Below are positions 51,968 to 64,000 of a DNA stretch of 64,000 nucleotides, piece by piece; within the stretch, counting starts at the first letter, position 1, and each line of letters opens with the position of its first letter. The stretch lies in the NCBI GenBank assembly GCA_963796055.1, contig CAWCKH010000005.1, forward strand, positions 96,001 through 160,000, in the 5' to 3' direction. The stretch is from an uncultured delta proteobacterium (GTDB lineage Bacteria > Myxococcota > Myxococcia > Myxococcales > Myxococcaceae). Below the pieces are notes generated by a model. That model was given only the letters and a program-made list of their open reading frames with translations. It did not search any database and was not told the origin of the DNA. Both the position numbers and the translations under genes were made by a program.

Positions 51968-52512
51968 CAGTTCATCCCCCCTCCGGACTGGAGCATGGCC
52001 GGGTCCACGCCGAGCGAGCGCAGGGTGTCGTCCCAGAGGGTCTGGGGCGAGCCGCTGAGCACCGCGGCGGGAGCGGCCTCGGTGAACAGCCAGGCGCCGG
52101 CGGCGAGCTCGCGCTCGAGCTGCCCGGGCCCCCAGCCGCTGTAGCCGAGGTAAAAGCGGAGATTGCCCTCGGAGTCGGTGAGAAGGCTCTCCAGCGCGTC
52201 CACCGTCTCGGAGAGGAACAGGCCGTCGGAGAGGGGCTGCTTCTCGTCCACGCCGGTGCGGTCGTGGAGGACGAAGCCCCGCTGGGGTTCCACCGGGCCA
52301 CCGACGAAGATCTTCTGCGCGGCGAGCCGGGGCACCACCGGCAGCGACTGTCCGTCGGCGACCTCGCGCAGGGTGAAGGGGCCCGGACGGTTCAGGACCA
52401 GCCCCCGGGCGCCCTCGGGGCCGTGCTGGAAAACGAAGACCACGGTCCGGTGGAAGTTCGGGTCTCCCAGCTGGGGCATGGCGATGAGGAATCCCGGAGC
52501 GAGCGTCTCCAC
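51967..52512 (-). CDS. yqgE: YqgE/AlgH (DUF179) family protein
   Basis: LIAMPQLGDPNFHRTVV, GLVLNRP, GGPVE and GYSGWGPGQLEREL; TGATG overlap with bolA. Confidence 0.9.
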   Translation of the reverse strand: METLAPGFLIAMPQLGDPNFHRTVVFVFQHGPEGARGLVLNRPGPFTLREVADGQSLPVVPRLAAQKIFVGGPVEPQRGFVLHDRTGVDEKQPLSDGLFLSETVDALESLLTDSEGNLRFYLGYSGWGPGQLERELAAGAWLFTEAAPAAVLSGSPQTLWDDTLRSLGVDPAMLQSGGGMN

Positions 52513-52569
52513 GGCGCCGACCTTACCAACTCGGGCACGCCCCTGGCGTGTGGTAGGAGCGCCCTTCAC

Positions 52570-53592
52570 ATGCGTGCGCTGACCATCACCCGCTACGGCC
52601 CCCCGGAGGTCCTCGCCCTCCGGGAAGCGGCGGATCCGGTTCCCGGTCCTGGACAGGCGTGCATCCGCGTTGCCCGCGCGGGGCTGAACTTCGCGGACCT
52701 GAGCGCTCGGGTCGGGCTCTACCCGGACGCGCCGAAGCCACCGATGGTCATGGGTTACGAGGTGAGCGGGACGGTGGCGGCGCTGGGTGAGGGAGTGAGC
52801 GGGCCGGCGGTCGGCACCCGGGTCGTGGCGATGACCCGGTTCGGCGGACAGGCCACCCACGCCCTGGCGGACGCGCCATACGTGGTGCCACTTCCCGAGG
52901 GCATGGACCTCGACCAGGCGGCGGCGCTGCCAGTCAACTGGCTCACCGCGCACCACATGCTGCACCGGGTGGCCAACCTCAGACCCGGGATGACCTTGCT
53001 GGTGCACATGGCCGCCGGCGGGGTGGGTCTCGCCGCGATCGCGCTCGCCCGGATCGTCGGTGGGGTGACCATCTTCGGGAGCGCCTCGGCCTCCAAGCAC
53101 GGAGTGCTCCGCGAGGCGGGGGTGGACCACCCCATCGACTACCGGACGCAGGACGTGGTCGAGGAGGTGAAGCGTCTGACCGGCGGACGCGGGGTGGACG
53201 TCGTCCTCGACGCCCTGGGTGGACCCGAGTGGGCGCGGAACACCTCGGTGCTCGCGCCGGTGGGCCACCTCATCTGCTTCGGCTGGGCGAACGCCGCGCC
53301 GGGCGAGTCCCGGAATCTGCTCAAGGTCGTCGGCGGCCTGGCGACGATGAAGCGCTGGAATGCGCTGGAGCTGATGGGGAAGAACATCAGCGTCTCCGGG
53401 GTGAACGTCGGTCACCTCTGGGGCGAGAGGGCGATGCTGCGGCCCACCCTGGATGCGCTGATGGCGCTGTGGCGGGAGGGGAAGGTCCACTCGCGCATCG
53501 ACCGGGTGTTCCCGCTCGCCGAGGGCGTGGCGGCGCACCGGCGGATGCACGAGCGGAAGAACGTGGGGAAGATCCTCTTCGACTGTGCGTGA
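52570..53592 (+). CDS. MDR-family NADPH:quinone oxidoreductase (VAT-1-like)
   Basis: GLNFADL, GYEVSG, LVHMAAGGVG, GVDVVLDALGG and RKNVGKIL. Confidence 0.88.
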   Translation: MRALTITRYGPPEVLALREAADPVPGPGQACIRVARAGLNFADLSARVGLYPDAPKPPMVMGYEVSGTVAALGEGVSGPAVGTRVVAMTRFGGQATHALADAPYVVPLPEGMDLDQAAALPVNWLTAHHMLHRVANLRPGMTLLVHMAAGGVGLAAIALARIVGGVTIFGSASASKHGVLREAGVDHPIDYRTQDVVEEVKRLTGGRGVDVVLDALGGPEWARNTSVLAPVGHLICFGWANAAPGESRNLLKVVGGLATMKRWNALELMGKNISVSGVNVGHLWGERAMLRPTLDALMALWREGKVHSRIDRVFPLAEGVAAHRRMHERKNVGKILFDCA

Positions 53593-53604
53593 GCCGGCGG
53601 GGCT

Positions 53605-54060
53605 TCAGTGCCAGGACTGGTGCGGACTCTGGAGCGCCTCGGCGAGGCGCGCCGGCTCGAGCGGCTTGCCGATGAAGAGGTCGGCCCCGATGCCCTTGCA
53701 CCGCCGGGCGGTGGCGGCGGTGGAGAGCGCCGAGATGCCGATCAGCACCGACTCGGGGAATCGCTCGCGCAGCCGGGTGATGAGCTGCACCCCGCTCTCG
53801 CCGGGGAGGAACACGTCCACCACCGCGATGTCGAGGGCGCCCGCCTGCTCGAGCAGGGCCTCGGCTTCCTCGGCGCTGCCCACCGCGACGGTGCGGTAGC
53901 CCCAGAGCGAGATCAGCTCCACCAGCATGGCGCGCTGCGCCGGATCGTCCTCGACCACCAGGACCGAGCGCCGCGTGGGCTCGACCCGACGCCTGGGGCC
54001 GACGCCCTCCTCCGCCGCAGTCTCCCCGGAAGCCACTGGGCCTTCGAGCTCGGGACTCAT
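53605..54060 (-). CDS. Single-domain response regulator (receiver)
   Basis: [21 protein letters not shown] and GKPL motifs. Confidence 0.85.
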   Translation of the reverse strand: MSPELEGPVASGETAAEEGVGPRRRVEPTRRSVLVVEDDPAQRAMLVELISLWGYRTVAVGSAEEAEALLEQAGALDIAVVDVFLPGESGVQLITRLRERFPESVLIGISALSTAATARRCKGIGADLFIGKPLEPARLAEALQSPHQSWH

Positions 54061-54231
54061 GGGCGTGCCTGGAACTCCCTCCTCCGAGCTGCCGAAGGTA
54101 AGAACCCCACCCTGGCCCGGCGAGAGGCTATGGAGCGGTCCTTCCGCCAGTGAACGCGGAAAGCTTCAGCAGGTCGGCAACCCGGCCGCCCGACCGGGAG
54201 TGCAGTCACCTCGCTCGCTGGCCGACACTTT

Positions 54232-56691
<2,460 letters not shown>

Positions 56692-56966
56692 GTGTCGACG
56701 TGTCAACGGCGCGGGCGCGCGTGCGCACTCGGCCCCGGAAGACGTTCCGGAGGGCGGGCCGTCCTGTGGTGGCTCTGGAGAATACACCCTCGCAGCGCAC
56801 CCCGCTGCTTTCCAAGAGGGCCTACCTGCGAGCGTCCGGGCGAGTGCGTGTCCGTGGGCATTCCACGCCCTGGACCCGGGGGGAGGAGTCCCGGAGACCC
56901 CGTCCAGGCACCAATGTGTGCAATCGTTCAGGGCCGCGCCCGTGAGGCGGTGAAGGAGACACGCCG

Positions 56967-57257
56967 ATGTCGCTTGGAGTCGAGTTCCTGCCGGTCGACG
57001 TGACCCAGCTGGTCGCGGTGGCGCTGGGCTGCATGATCCCGCTCATCTTCGTGCTGGGCATCACCATGCGCTTTGCGGCCAAGCCGCTGGTCGAGGCGCT
57101 GGGGAAGCTGCGGGAGAACGGGGCGCCGGCCCGCGAGCTCGAGGTGCTGAGCCGGCGCGTCCTCGAGCTGGAGCAGGAGGTGCTCCGCCTCCGGGGCGGG
57201 CAGGGCTCGAGCGCTCCGGCCCTGGAGCCCGGCAGCGCGCTGCGTCTCCGGCGGTAG
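56967..57257 (+). CDS. Small single-TM plus coiled-coil protein (paralog 1)
   Basis: [38 protein letters not shown]. Confidence 0.7.
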   Translation: MSLGVEFLPVDVTQLVAVALGCMIPLIFVLGITMRFAAKPLVEALGKLRENGAPARELEVLSRRVLELEQEVLRLRGGQGSSAPALEPGSALRLRR

Positions 57258-57276
57258 CACGGCAGGGAAGCGGACG

Positions 57277-57540
57277 ATGGAAACGTTGCCGGTCGACCTG
57301 GTGGGCATGGTGGCGGCGATCATGGGGTCGCTGCTGGTGCTGATCCCCGTGCTCGGGCTCGCCATCCGGTTCACGGCCCGGCCGCTGGTGGACGCGCTCG
57401 TCGCCAGCAAGGGGGAGGGCGCGCGTCCGGCGGACCTCGATGCGCTGACGATGCGGATCGACGCCCTGGAGCACGAGGTGAAGGAGCTCGCTGGCCAGTC
57501 GACGCGGGCGCTTCCGCAGCGAGTTCCCCTAAGGACTTGA
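57277..57540 (+). CDS. Small single-TM plus coiled-coil protein (paralog 2)
   Basis: [29 protein letters not shown]; clearly similar to the preceding ORF. Confidence 0.7.
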   Translation: METLPVDLVGMVAAIMGSLLVLIPVLGLAIRFTARPLVDALVASKGEGARPADLDALTMRIDALEHEVKELAGQSTRALPQRVPLRT

Positions 57541-57604
57541 GGTTCCGCGTCCTCTGACGTGGCGCAGCCGGACCCTGGCGGGGCCACGCACCCGAGCGGA
57601 CGCC

Positions 57605-58051
57605 TCAGGCCTCGAGCAGGAGCCTGAGGACCTCGCCGGCCGGGAGCCCCGAGCGGACAGACGCCGCCGCCAGCCGAACCACCGCGGCGACGAGCTGCTC
57701 GGTGCCGGCGTCTTCGCCTCCGGGGCTCTCCAGCCGGAGGAGCGCTCCGGCGGCCTGCGAGGCAGGTCGGACGAGGTGGGACGGGGCGTTCGTCGCCCGC
57801 CCGATGCGTTCCAGCGCGGACATGGTGCTGCGCGCCTCCGCCGCGCCGGCGATGGCGGGAAGCGCACGGAGCCGCGAGGCTGCCTCGGTGGCGTGGCGTA
57901 CTTCGAGCGCGCGCGCGGCGAGCGAGCGGATGGCCCGGTCGCCGAGAGCGGAGGGGGTGAGCGGCTCTCCGGAGGCGAACGACCGGAGCGACTCCTCCGG
58001 GAGGTACCGCTCGAGCTCGGACAGGAGCCGGGCGCGGAGCCCGACCGCCAC
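57605..58051 (-). CDS. Hypothetical protein immediately downstream of clpX
   Basis: GTG start 2 nt after the clpX stop; Ala/Leu/Arg-rich helical sequence; fills the gap. Confidence 0.55.
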   Translation of the reverse strand: MAVGLRARLLSELERYLPEESLRSFASGEPLTPSALGDRAIRSLAARALEVRHATEAASRLRALPAIAGAAEARSTMSALERIGRATNAPSHLVRPASQAAGALLRLESPGGEDAGTEQLVAAVVRLAAASVRSGLPAGEVLRLLLEA

Positions 58052-58053
58052 GC

Positions 58054-59325
58054 TCAGGCCGATTCCTTCTGCAGCTCGTCCTTCTCGGTGGCGTGCAGGA
58101 TGACCGGCTCGCTCTTCTTGAGGATGACCTCCTCGGAGATCACCACCTCACGGGCGGTCTTCTGGGACGGGATGTCGTACATCACGTCCAGCATCGCGCT
58201 CTCGAGGATGGAGCGCAGCCCGCGCGCTCCGGCCTTGCGGCGGATGGCCTCCGAGGCGATGGCCTTCAGCGCCCCGTCGGTGAACTTCAGCGCCACCCCG
58301 TCGAGGTCGAAGAGCTTGCGATACTGCTTCACCAGCGCGTTCTTCGGCTGGCTGAGGATGCTCATCAGCGAGCCCTCGTCCAGCTCCTCCAGCGCGGTCA
58401 CGATCGGAAGGCGCCCGATGAACTCGGGGATCATCCCGAACTTGAGGAGATCCTCGGGCTCGACGTGCTGGAGGAGCTCGGAGAGATTCCGCTGCTTCTT
58501 CTCCCTGATGTCCGCCCCGAAGCCCAGCGACCGCCCGCCCAGACGGCGCTCGATGATCTGGTCCAGGCCGCCGAAGGCGCCACCGCAGATGAAGAGGATG
58601 TTGGTGGTGTCGACCTGCAGGAACTCCTGCTGGGGGTGCTTGCGTCCGCCCTTGGGGGGGACATTGGCCACCGTGCCCTCGATGATCTTCAAGAGAGCCT
58701 GCTGGACACCCTCGCCCGAGACGTCCCGGGTGATGCTGGGGTTCTCGGACTTGCGGGCGATCTTGTCGATCTCGTCGATGTAGACGATGCCCCGCTGGGC
58801 CCGCTCGATGTCGTGATCGGCGGCCTGCAAGAGATTGACGATGATGTTCTCCACGTCCTCGCCCACGTAGCCGGCCTCGGTGAGGCAGGTGGCGTCGGCG
58901 ATGGTGAACGGGACGTTGAGGATGCGGGCCAGGGTCTGGGCGAGGAGCGTCTTGCCGCTGCCGGTGGGGCCGAGCAGAAGGATGTTGCTCTTCTGTAGCT
59001 CCACGTCGTCCATCGCCACCTTGGACTCGATGCGCTTGTAGTGGTTGTGGACCGCGACCGCGAGGACCTTCTTCGCCCGCTCCTGGCCGATGACGTACTC
59101 GTCGAGGATCGACTTGATCTCGCTCGGTCGGGGGATGCGGAGCTTGGTGTCCTTGGTCTCTTCCCGGTCGATCTCCTCGGCGATGATGTCGTTGCAGAGG
59201 CCGATGCACTCGTCGCAGATGTAGACCGTGGGCCCAGCGATGAGCTTCTTCACCTCCTTCTGGGACTTGCCACAGAAGGAGCAGCACAAGGTCTGGTTGG
59301 ACTTCTCCACGTTCTTCCCTGCCAT
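58054..59325 (-). CDS. clpX: ATP-dependent Clp protease ATP-binding subunit ClpX
   Basis: CSFCGK...ICDEC zinc domain, [20 protein letters not shown] and LGF loop. Confidence 0.97.
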   Translation of the reverse strand: MAGKNVEKSNQTLCCSFCGKSQKEVKKLIAGPTVYICDECIGLCNDIIAEEIDREETKDTKLRIPRPSEIKSILDEYVIGQERAKKVLAVAVHNHYKRIESKVAMDDVELQKSNILLLGPTGSGKTLLAQTLARILNVPFTIADATCLTEAGYVGEDVENIIVNLLQAADHDIERAQRGIVYIDEIDKIARKSENPSITRDVSGEGVQQALLKIIEGTVANVPPKGGRKHPQQEFLQVDTTNILFICGGAFGGLDQIIERRLGGRSLGFGADIREKKQRNLSELLQHVEPEDLLKFGMIPEFIGRLPIVTALEELDEGSLMSILSQPKNALVKQYRKLFDLDGVALKFTDGALKAIASEAIRRKAGARGLRSILESAMLDVMYDIPSQKTAREVVISEEVILKKSEPVILHATEKDELQKESA

Positions 59326-59419
59326 CAAAGCCCTCGACTGCGGAATCTAGTCCTGGTCCTGCGTTCTTAACAGCCTACGACCGCTGGCCGCAGCGCGGCA
59401 CGGACACCGGGGCACACCC

Positions 59420-60040
59420 TCAGCGATCGCGCCGCTCTTCCGCGGGCTTGAGGCTCTTGCGGTTCACGCTGACCACCTCGTCCACGATGCCGTAGGCCCG
59501 GGCCTCGGCGGCCCCCATGAAGTAGTCGCGATCGCTGTCCTTCTCGACCCGCTCCAGCGGCTGGCCGGTGTGCCGGGCGATGATCTCGTTGAGCCGGCCC
59601 TTCATCCTCAAGATTTCCTTGGCCTGGATCTCGATGTCGGTGGCCTGCCCCTGCGCGCCGCCCATCGGCTGGTGGATCATGATCCGGGCGTTGGGCAGGG
59701 CCTGGCGCTTGCCCTTGGCCCCGGCGAGGAGCAGCACCGCGCCCATCGACGCCGCCTGCCCCACGCAGATGGTGGACACCGCCGGACGGACGTACTGCAT
59801 CGTGTCGTAGATGGCCATGCCTGCGGTGACCGAGCCGCCGGGGGAGTTGATGTAGAGGTTGATGTCCTTGTCCGGGTCCTCGGACTCGAGGAACAGCATC
59901 TGGGCGACGATGACGTTGGCCAGCTCGTCGTGGATCTCGGTCCCGAGGAGAATGATCCGGTCTTTCAGCAGGCGGCTGTAGATGTCGTACGAGCGCTCGC
60001 CGCGGTGGGTCTGCTCGATGACGTAGGGGATGAGAGGCAT
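59420..60040 (-). CDS. clpP: Clp protease proteolytic subunit
   Basis: [28 protein letters not shown] and MIHQP. Confidence 0.97.
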   Translation of the reverse strand: MPLIPYVIEQTHRGERSYDIYSRLLKDRIILLGTEIHDELANVIVAQMLFLESEDPDKDINLYINSPGGSVTAGMAIYDTMQYVRPAVSTICVGQAASMGAVLLLAGAKGKRQALPNARIMIHQPMGGAQGQATDIEIQAKEILRMKGRLNEIIARHTGQPLERVEKDSDRDYFMGAAEARAYGIVDEVVSVNRKSLKPAEERRDR

Positions 60041-60049
60041 TCCGAGCTC

Positions 60050-61330
60050 CTACCCTTCATCCTTCGCGGCGGCCTTCAAGAATTCAACCGTCTTTTCCTC
60101 GCGGACCCGCTGCTCGAGGGCCCGGCGCTGCTCGGGCTCCTTGAAGGCCTTGCGCACCTGGTGGAGCGGCGCCCCACTGTCGGTCGCATACTGGGCAATG
60201 CGCGCATCGAGCTCCTCGGAGTTGACGGAGAGTCCCTCCTTCTCCGCCACCGCCGCCAGGATCAATGCTCCACGCACCTCCGCCTCCGCCTTGGGCCGCA
60301 TCTCCTCGCGGAGCGAGGCGAAGTCGAGGTTGAGCCGCGACGGGTCGAGGCCCTGGCGGGCCATCATCCGCAGCGCCCCGTCGAGCATCGCGTCGAGCCC
60401 GCGCTCGATCATCGCCTTGGGCAGGTCGAACGGATTGCGCTCCACGAGCCCCTTGACCAGCTGCTCGCGCTCGTCCTGCGCCGCCCGGTTCCTCGCTGCG
60501 GCCTCCAGGTCGCTGCGCACCTTGGCCTTCAGCTCGCTCAGGGTCTCCCCTCCCCCGACCTCCTTGGCGAAGTCGTCGTCGAGCGCGGGGACGAGCTGCC
60601 GCTTGAGGCCCTTCAGGCTGAAGGTGAAGCGGGCGGTCTTCCCGGCGCGGCCCGGCTCGGGGTCGTCCGCGGCAAAAGCATGGTCCAGGGTGCGGCTCTG
60701 GCCGATGATGGTGCCAGCGAGCTCCGGGACGTTCCCCCGCATCAGGTCGCCCGGGGCGACCTCCACCGTGACCTCCTCGGCCTTGCTCCCGGCGAAGGGC
60801 TGCCCATCGATGGCTCCGGCGTAGTCCACGATGGCGAAGTCACCGCTCTCGGCGACGGTCCGCCCCTCCACCGGCTCGAGCCGCGCCACGCGCTGGCGCA
60901 TGGCCCCGAGCCGCTCGTCCACCTCCGCGTCGGTGACGACCGGCTGGGCGCGCTTGAGCGGCAGCCCGCGGTAGTCCTTCGGCTCCACCTTGGGCCGGAC
61001 CTCGACCCGGGCCTCGAAGGCGAAGGGCGCATCGTGGAGGAGCCGGACCGGGGTCAGCTGCGGCGCGCCGACCGCGTCCACGTGGTGCTCGGAGATGGCG
61101 GACAGGTACGCCCGCTCCACCAGACGGCGGGCCACGTCGTCCTCGACCTCCCCCTTGAACTTCGCCTCCAGGATCCGGCGGGGAATCTTGCCTGGCCGGA
61201 AACCGGGCAGGCGCACCTGGCGTCCCAGCTGGGCATACGCCCGGCCGAGCTCGGCCTGGACCTGCTCGGGGGGAACCTCGATGGAGAGCTTGCGCTCGAC
61301 CGGGGACAGCTCTTCGACCTGGACCTTCAT
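60050..61330 (-). CDS. tig: Trigger factor
   Basis: GFRPGKIP ribosome-binding motif, FKBP-like domain and LDDDFAK; upstream of clpP. Confidence 0.95.
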   Translation of the reverse strand: MKVQVEELSPVERKLSIEVPPEQVQAELGRAYAQLGRQVRLPGFRPGKIPRRILEAKFKGEVEDDVARRLVERAYLSAISEHHVDAVGAPQLTPVRLLHDAPFAFEARVEVRPKVEPKDYRGLPLKRAQPVVTDAEVDERLGAMRQRVARLEPVEGRTVAESGDFAIVDYAGAIDGQPFAGSKAEEVTVEVAPGDLMRGNVPELAGTIIGQSRTLDHAFAADDPEPGRAGKTARFTFSLKGLKRQLVPALDDDFAKEVGGGETLSELKAKVRSDLEAAARNRAAQDEREQLVKGLVERNPFDLPKAMIERGLDAMLDGALRMMARQGLDPSRLNLDFASLREEMRPKAEAEVRGALILAAVAEKEGLSVNSEELDARIAQYATDSGAPLHQVRKAFKEPEQRRALEQRVREEKTVEFLKAAAKDEG

Positions 61331-61342
61331 CGGAAGGACAGG

Positions 61343-61372
61343 GCCTTAAGAGCCCCGGTCCCCCCGTGTCAA
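61343..61372 (-). promoter_or_regulatory. Possible sigma70 promoter for tig-clpP-clpX (TTGACA-N18-TAAGGC)
   Basis: Perfect -35 at 61372-61367 on the minus strand; the -10 is only a partial match. Confidence 0.4.
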
Positions 61373-61399
61373 TGCGACTTCGAGCCGCGCCTGGTGGGC

Positions 61400-61825
61400 C
61401 TAGCTCTCCGAGCCCGACGAGCGCGGGCTGGCCGCCGGAGCGGGTGGGGAGGCTCGCCGGCCGGAGAACCCGGCCGCGAGCGACAGGAGGTCCCCGACCT
61501 CGAACGGCTTCTTCAGCGCCCTGACGACTCCTGGATTGTCGGCGAACCATTCGGGGGCGACTGCCGCGGACATGACCACCACCTCGAAGTCGTCCCGGTC
61601 TTCCCGCTGCCGGAGCGCGCGCAGGAACGCCAGGCCATCCATCACCGGCATCCAGAGGTCGAGCAGAATGAGGGCCGGTCGAGGAAGGTGCTTGAGCGCG
61701 ACCAGCGCCTCCATCCCGTTCCTGGCCACGAGGACGAGGTGCCCCTCGTCGGCCAGGGCCTCTTCGATCGTGTCGCGGACGTTCACGTCGTCTTCGACGA
61801 TCAGGACACTGGCTGCGGCGGGCAC
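61400..61825 (-). CDS. Single-domain response regulator (receiver)
   Basis: VLIVEDD, LLDLWMPVMDG, MSA and KKPF; start GTG 61825 is uncertain. Confidence 0.85.
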   Translation of the reverse strand: MPAAASVLIVEDDVNVRDTIEEALADEGHLVLVARNGMEALVALKHLPRPALILLDLWMPVMDGLAFLRALRQREDRDDFEVVVMSAAVAPEWFADNPGVVRALKKPFEVGDLLSLAAGFSGRRASPPAPAASPRSSGSES

Positions 61826-61971
61826 GTCCGCGATGTTGCACCCGGCCCTGAACCGGCACCCGTGCCCGACACCGGGATCGACGTCCAATCGACACTCGGC
61901 AGGGAGAAACCAGAGCAGGTCTGCGAGCGTGTCCTACAAAGGGCTCGCCACGGCGAGACCGGTCTACTGAG

Positions 61972-62053
61972 TGGGCAGACCGAGAGTCGAACTCGGACCC
62001 CTTTCGGGACTGGATCCTAAGTCCAGCGCGTCTACCAGTTTCGCCATCTGCCC
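61972..62053 (-). tRNA. tRNA-Leu (anticodon TAG)
   Basis: Reverse complement GGGCAGATGGCGAAACTGGTAGACGCGCTGGACTTAGGATCCAGTCCCGAAAGGGGTCCGAGTTCGACTCTCGGTCTGCCCA. It has a 7-bp acceptor stem, CTGGA/TCCAG anticodon stem, long variable arm and GTTCGA T-loop. CCA is not encoded. Confidence 0.95.
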
Positions 62054-62113
62054 CGGGGGACGACGCACGGCAGCCTGACACGTGCTCGCCGCCCCTGGCC
62101 ACCCCTGCCGGAA

Positions 62114-64000
62114 TCAGCGGGCGGCGGCGGCGCCGAGCTTCTCCTGGACGGCACGCAGCGCGGGCCCCAGCGACGTTCCCGCAGGGCCAGCACCCTGCGC
62201 CGCCCGGCGAGCATCCTCGAGCAGCGCCATCGCCTCGGTCCTCTTGCCCCGGTCGAGGAGACAGGCGGCGTGCGCGAGCTGGACCCGGGCCACCGGTGGG
62301 CTGTCCGGGTCCATCACCCTGCCGAGGAGGGTCACCGCTTCGGCCAGCATCGGCTCGCCCTCGGCAGCCCGACCCGTCTGGCACAGGCTCGCACCCCGGG
62401 CCTCCAGCGCCACCGCGCGTACGCCGGGCAGCTGGACCAGCGCCGGCATCCGGACGATCTCGAGCAGGCGGCCCGACGCGGACAGCGCCTCGTCCCCCTG
62501 CCCACCGGCGAGCGCCAGCCGTGCCCGTCCGGCGTCGGCCAGAACCCGCCGCGTCAGGTCGGCGCGCGTCTCCCATCCGGAGAGGGTGAGCGCCTGGGCC
62601 AGCTCGGTGTGGGCCTCGGCGGTCTCGTTGCGGTCGACCGCGATGAGGCCCTTCACCAGATGCACGTCCCCCTCGGGGGCGAGCGCGGTGCGCGGGCTCT
62701 TCTGGACGACGGACAGGGCCTCGTCGAGCAGGCCACGGGCGGCGGCGTGTTCCCCGAGCGCTGCACGGGCCTCGGCGAGCCACACCGTGGGCACCACGCG
62801 CAGGACGCTCTCCCCTCGCTGCGCCCAGATCGCGCGCGACTCCTCGAGCACCGGGATGGCACGCTCGAATCGACCCAGCCGGAGGTAGGCCAGGCCGAGG
62901 CGCTCCAGCGACTGAGCGTGGGTGTTGCTCCCCCGCCGCACCCGCGCCAGCTCGCTGGCCGAGACCTCCACCAGACCGAGCGCCTCGTCGCGCCGCCCAC
63001 CCCTCTCCAGCACCGTCATCCCGCGCAGGCCCTGGTTCTGCAGCGTGAGGAAGTGCGTCGGCCCGGTGGTCCGGAGGTAGCCGAGGTGGGCCTCGATGTG
63101 GTCCGCCTCGGCCTCGGCGACCTTGCCGTTGCTGTCCCGGATGACTGCGCGGAGCGAGAAGGCGTTGGGCAGCTCGTACCCCACCCGGCTCCGCCGCGTT
63201 GCCACCGCCACCGCCTCGTCGGCGACGGCCTCGGCCCGCGCCGGGACATTGGAGAGCCGGTACACCTGCGCCAGGTGGAACAGCGCCCCCAGCCGCCCGT
63301 CGCTCTCGGGGTAGCGCTCGCGGAACAGCGCCACCGACCGCTCGAGCAGCGCGGCCCCGGAACCCAGGTCCGGCGCGTTCCCCCGCCGGACGAGGTTGCC
63401 GCGGATCTTCAGGGCCTGGGCGAACACTTCCGAGCTCTCGTCACCCAGCGCCGCAAAGACCGGCTTGGCCCGATCGATCCATGTCTTCGCCTCCTCCCAC
63501 CGGCCGGCGAACATCGCCGTGTTCGCCAGCTCGGTCAGGACCATCGCCTGGTCGGCGTTGGGCGAGGGCTCCGCTTTCTCTGCCACCAACAGCGCCTGCT
63601 CGAGGAGGGCGATGCTCCGGTCCGCCATGTCCAGCGAGGAGTAGACGTCGGAGAGGGTGGTCAGCACCGAGACCTTCTCGTGGGGCTGGCCGCCCAGCGC
63701 CGACCCGATGCGGGCCGCGGCCGCGTCCACCGCCTCCTTCACCGTTCGCTCCCACACCGGGCGACTCCCCGGGGCCTGCGAGCCGGCGGCGGAGAGCACC
63801 TCGTTGAGGAAGTCGCGGACCGCCTTCGCGTTGCGGGCCTCGGTCTGGGCCAGCCGCTTCTCGGCCCGGGCCCGCCGCGCCTGAACCACCGCCACGGTGG
63901 TCGATGCCACCAGCGCGCCGGCCACCGCCGCCGAACCCAGGACCATCCACCGGTGCCGGGAGACGAAGCGCCGGACGTGTTGCCAGCGGGAGTCCAGCTG
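62114..64000 (-). CDS. C-terminal TM plus TPR region, probably of a membrane Ser/Thr protein kinase; starts beyond the right edge
   Basis: Frame is open to the window edge. RRFVSRHR + TM + QARRARAE...VRDFL followed by TPR-like helices, as in kinase-TPR proteins. The kinase domain itself is not visible. Confidence 0.7.
   Translation of the reverse strand, partial: QLDSRWQHVRRFVSRHRWMVLGSAAVAGALVASTTVAVVQARRARAEKRLAQTEARNAKAVRDFLNEVLSAAGSQAPGSRPVWERTVKEAVDAAAARIGSALGGQPHEKVSVLTTLSDVYSSLDMADRSIALLEQALLVAEKAEPSPNADQAMVLTELANTAMFAGRWEEAKTWIDRAKPVFAALGDESSEVFAQALKIRGNLVRRGNAPDLGSGAALLERSVALFRERYPESDGRLGALFHLAQVYRLSNVPARAEAVADEAVAVATRRSRVGYELPNAFSLRAVIRDSNGKVAEAEADHIEAHLGYLRTTGPTHFLTLQNQGLRGMTVLERGGRRDEALGLVEVSASELARVRRGSNTHAQSLERLGLAYLRLGRFERAIPVLEESRAIWAQRGESVLRVVPTVWLAEARAALGEHAAARGLLDEALSVVQKSPRTALAPEGDVHLVKGLIAVDRNETAEAHTELAQALTLSGWETRADLTRRVLADAGRARLALAGGQGDEALSASGRLLEIVRMPALVQLPGVRAVALEARGASLCQTGRAAEGEPMLAEAVTLLGRVMDPDSPPVARVQLAHAACLLDRGKRTEAMALLEDARRAAQGAGPAGTSLGPALRAVQEKLGAAAAR

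Noticed and set aside
56701..56706. TTGACA on the minus strand upstream of lon
   Set aside because: Only 9 nt from the lon ATG, leaving no room for a -10 element and TSS.
56900..56925. Sigma54 promoter before the paralogous small genes (AGGCAC...TGCA)
   Set aside because: GG-to-GC spacing is 11 rather than the required 10 nt.
61900..62110. tRNA-Leu as an integration site of a mobile element
   Set aside because: No integrase nearby, and no duplicate of the tRNA 3' end was noticed in the window.

Overview
Very GC-rich bacterial chromosomal segment, most consistent with a myxobacterium (Myxococcota). This is inferred from MYXO-CTERM-like C-terminal anchors, DAG-repeat linkers and the tRNA-Leu/tig/clpP/clpX/lon block. 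The left ~41 kb is accessory-type: regulators (AAA-ATPase LuxR-type, two LysR, AraC, MarR), redox genes, three surface-targeted c-type cytochromes, mgtA-pyk, two RND efflux sets, two TolC-family genes, a cNMP-TrxB-like protein, a desaturase and a decayed MBL-fold gene. One of the cytochromes is a sugar-dehydrogenase beta-propeller fused to a pentaheme domain. The right part is housekeeping: rsmE, pepP, a metY-metX-AK/HSDH operon, yqgE-bolA-grxD plus a molybdo-oxidoreductase, lon, clpXP, tig, tRNA-Leu(TAG) and part of a TPR protein. The best candidate for an undescribed system is the 356-nt region before metY. It holds a sigma70-type promoter, a short leader ORF ending in Cys-Cys-Arg-Cys-Cys-stop (all TGT codons), and mutually exclusive RNA helices that would hide or free the metY ribosome-binding site. 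This suggests a cysteine-sensing translational attenuator. No CRISPR array, rRNA, integrase or transposase was recognised. All calls are by-eye motif recognition; no database search or folding computation was run.
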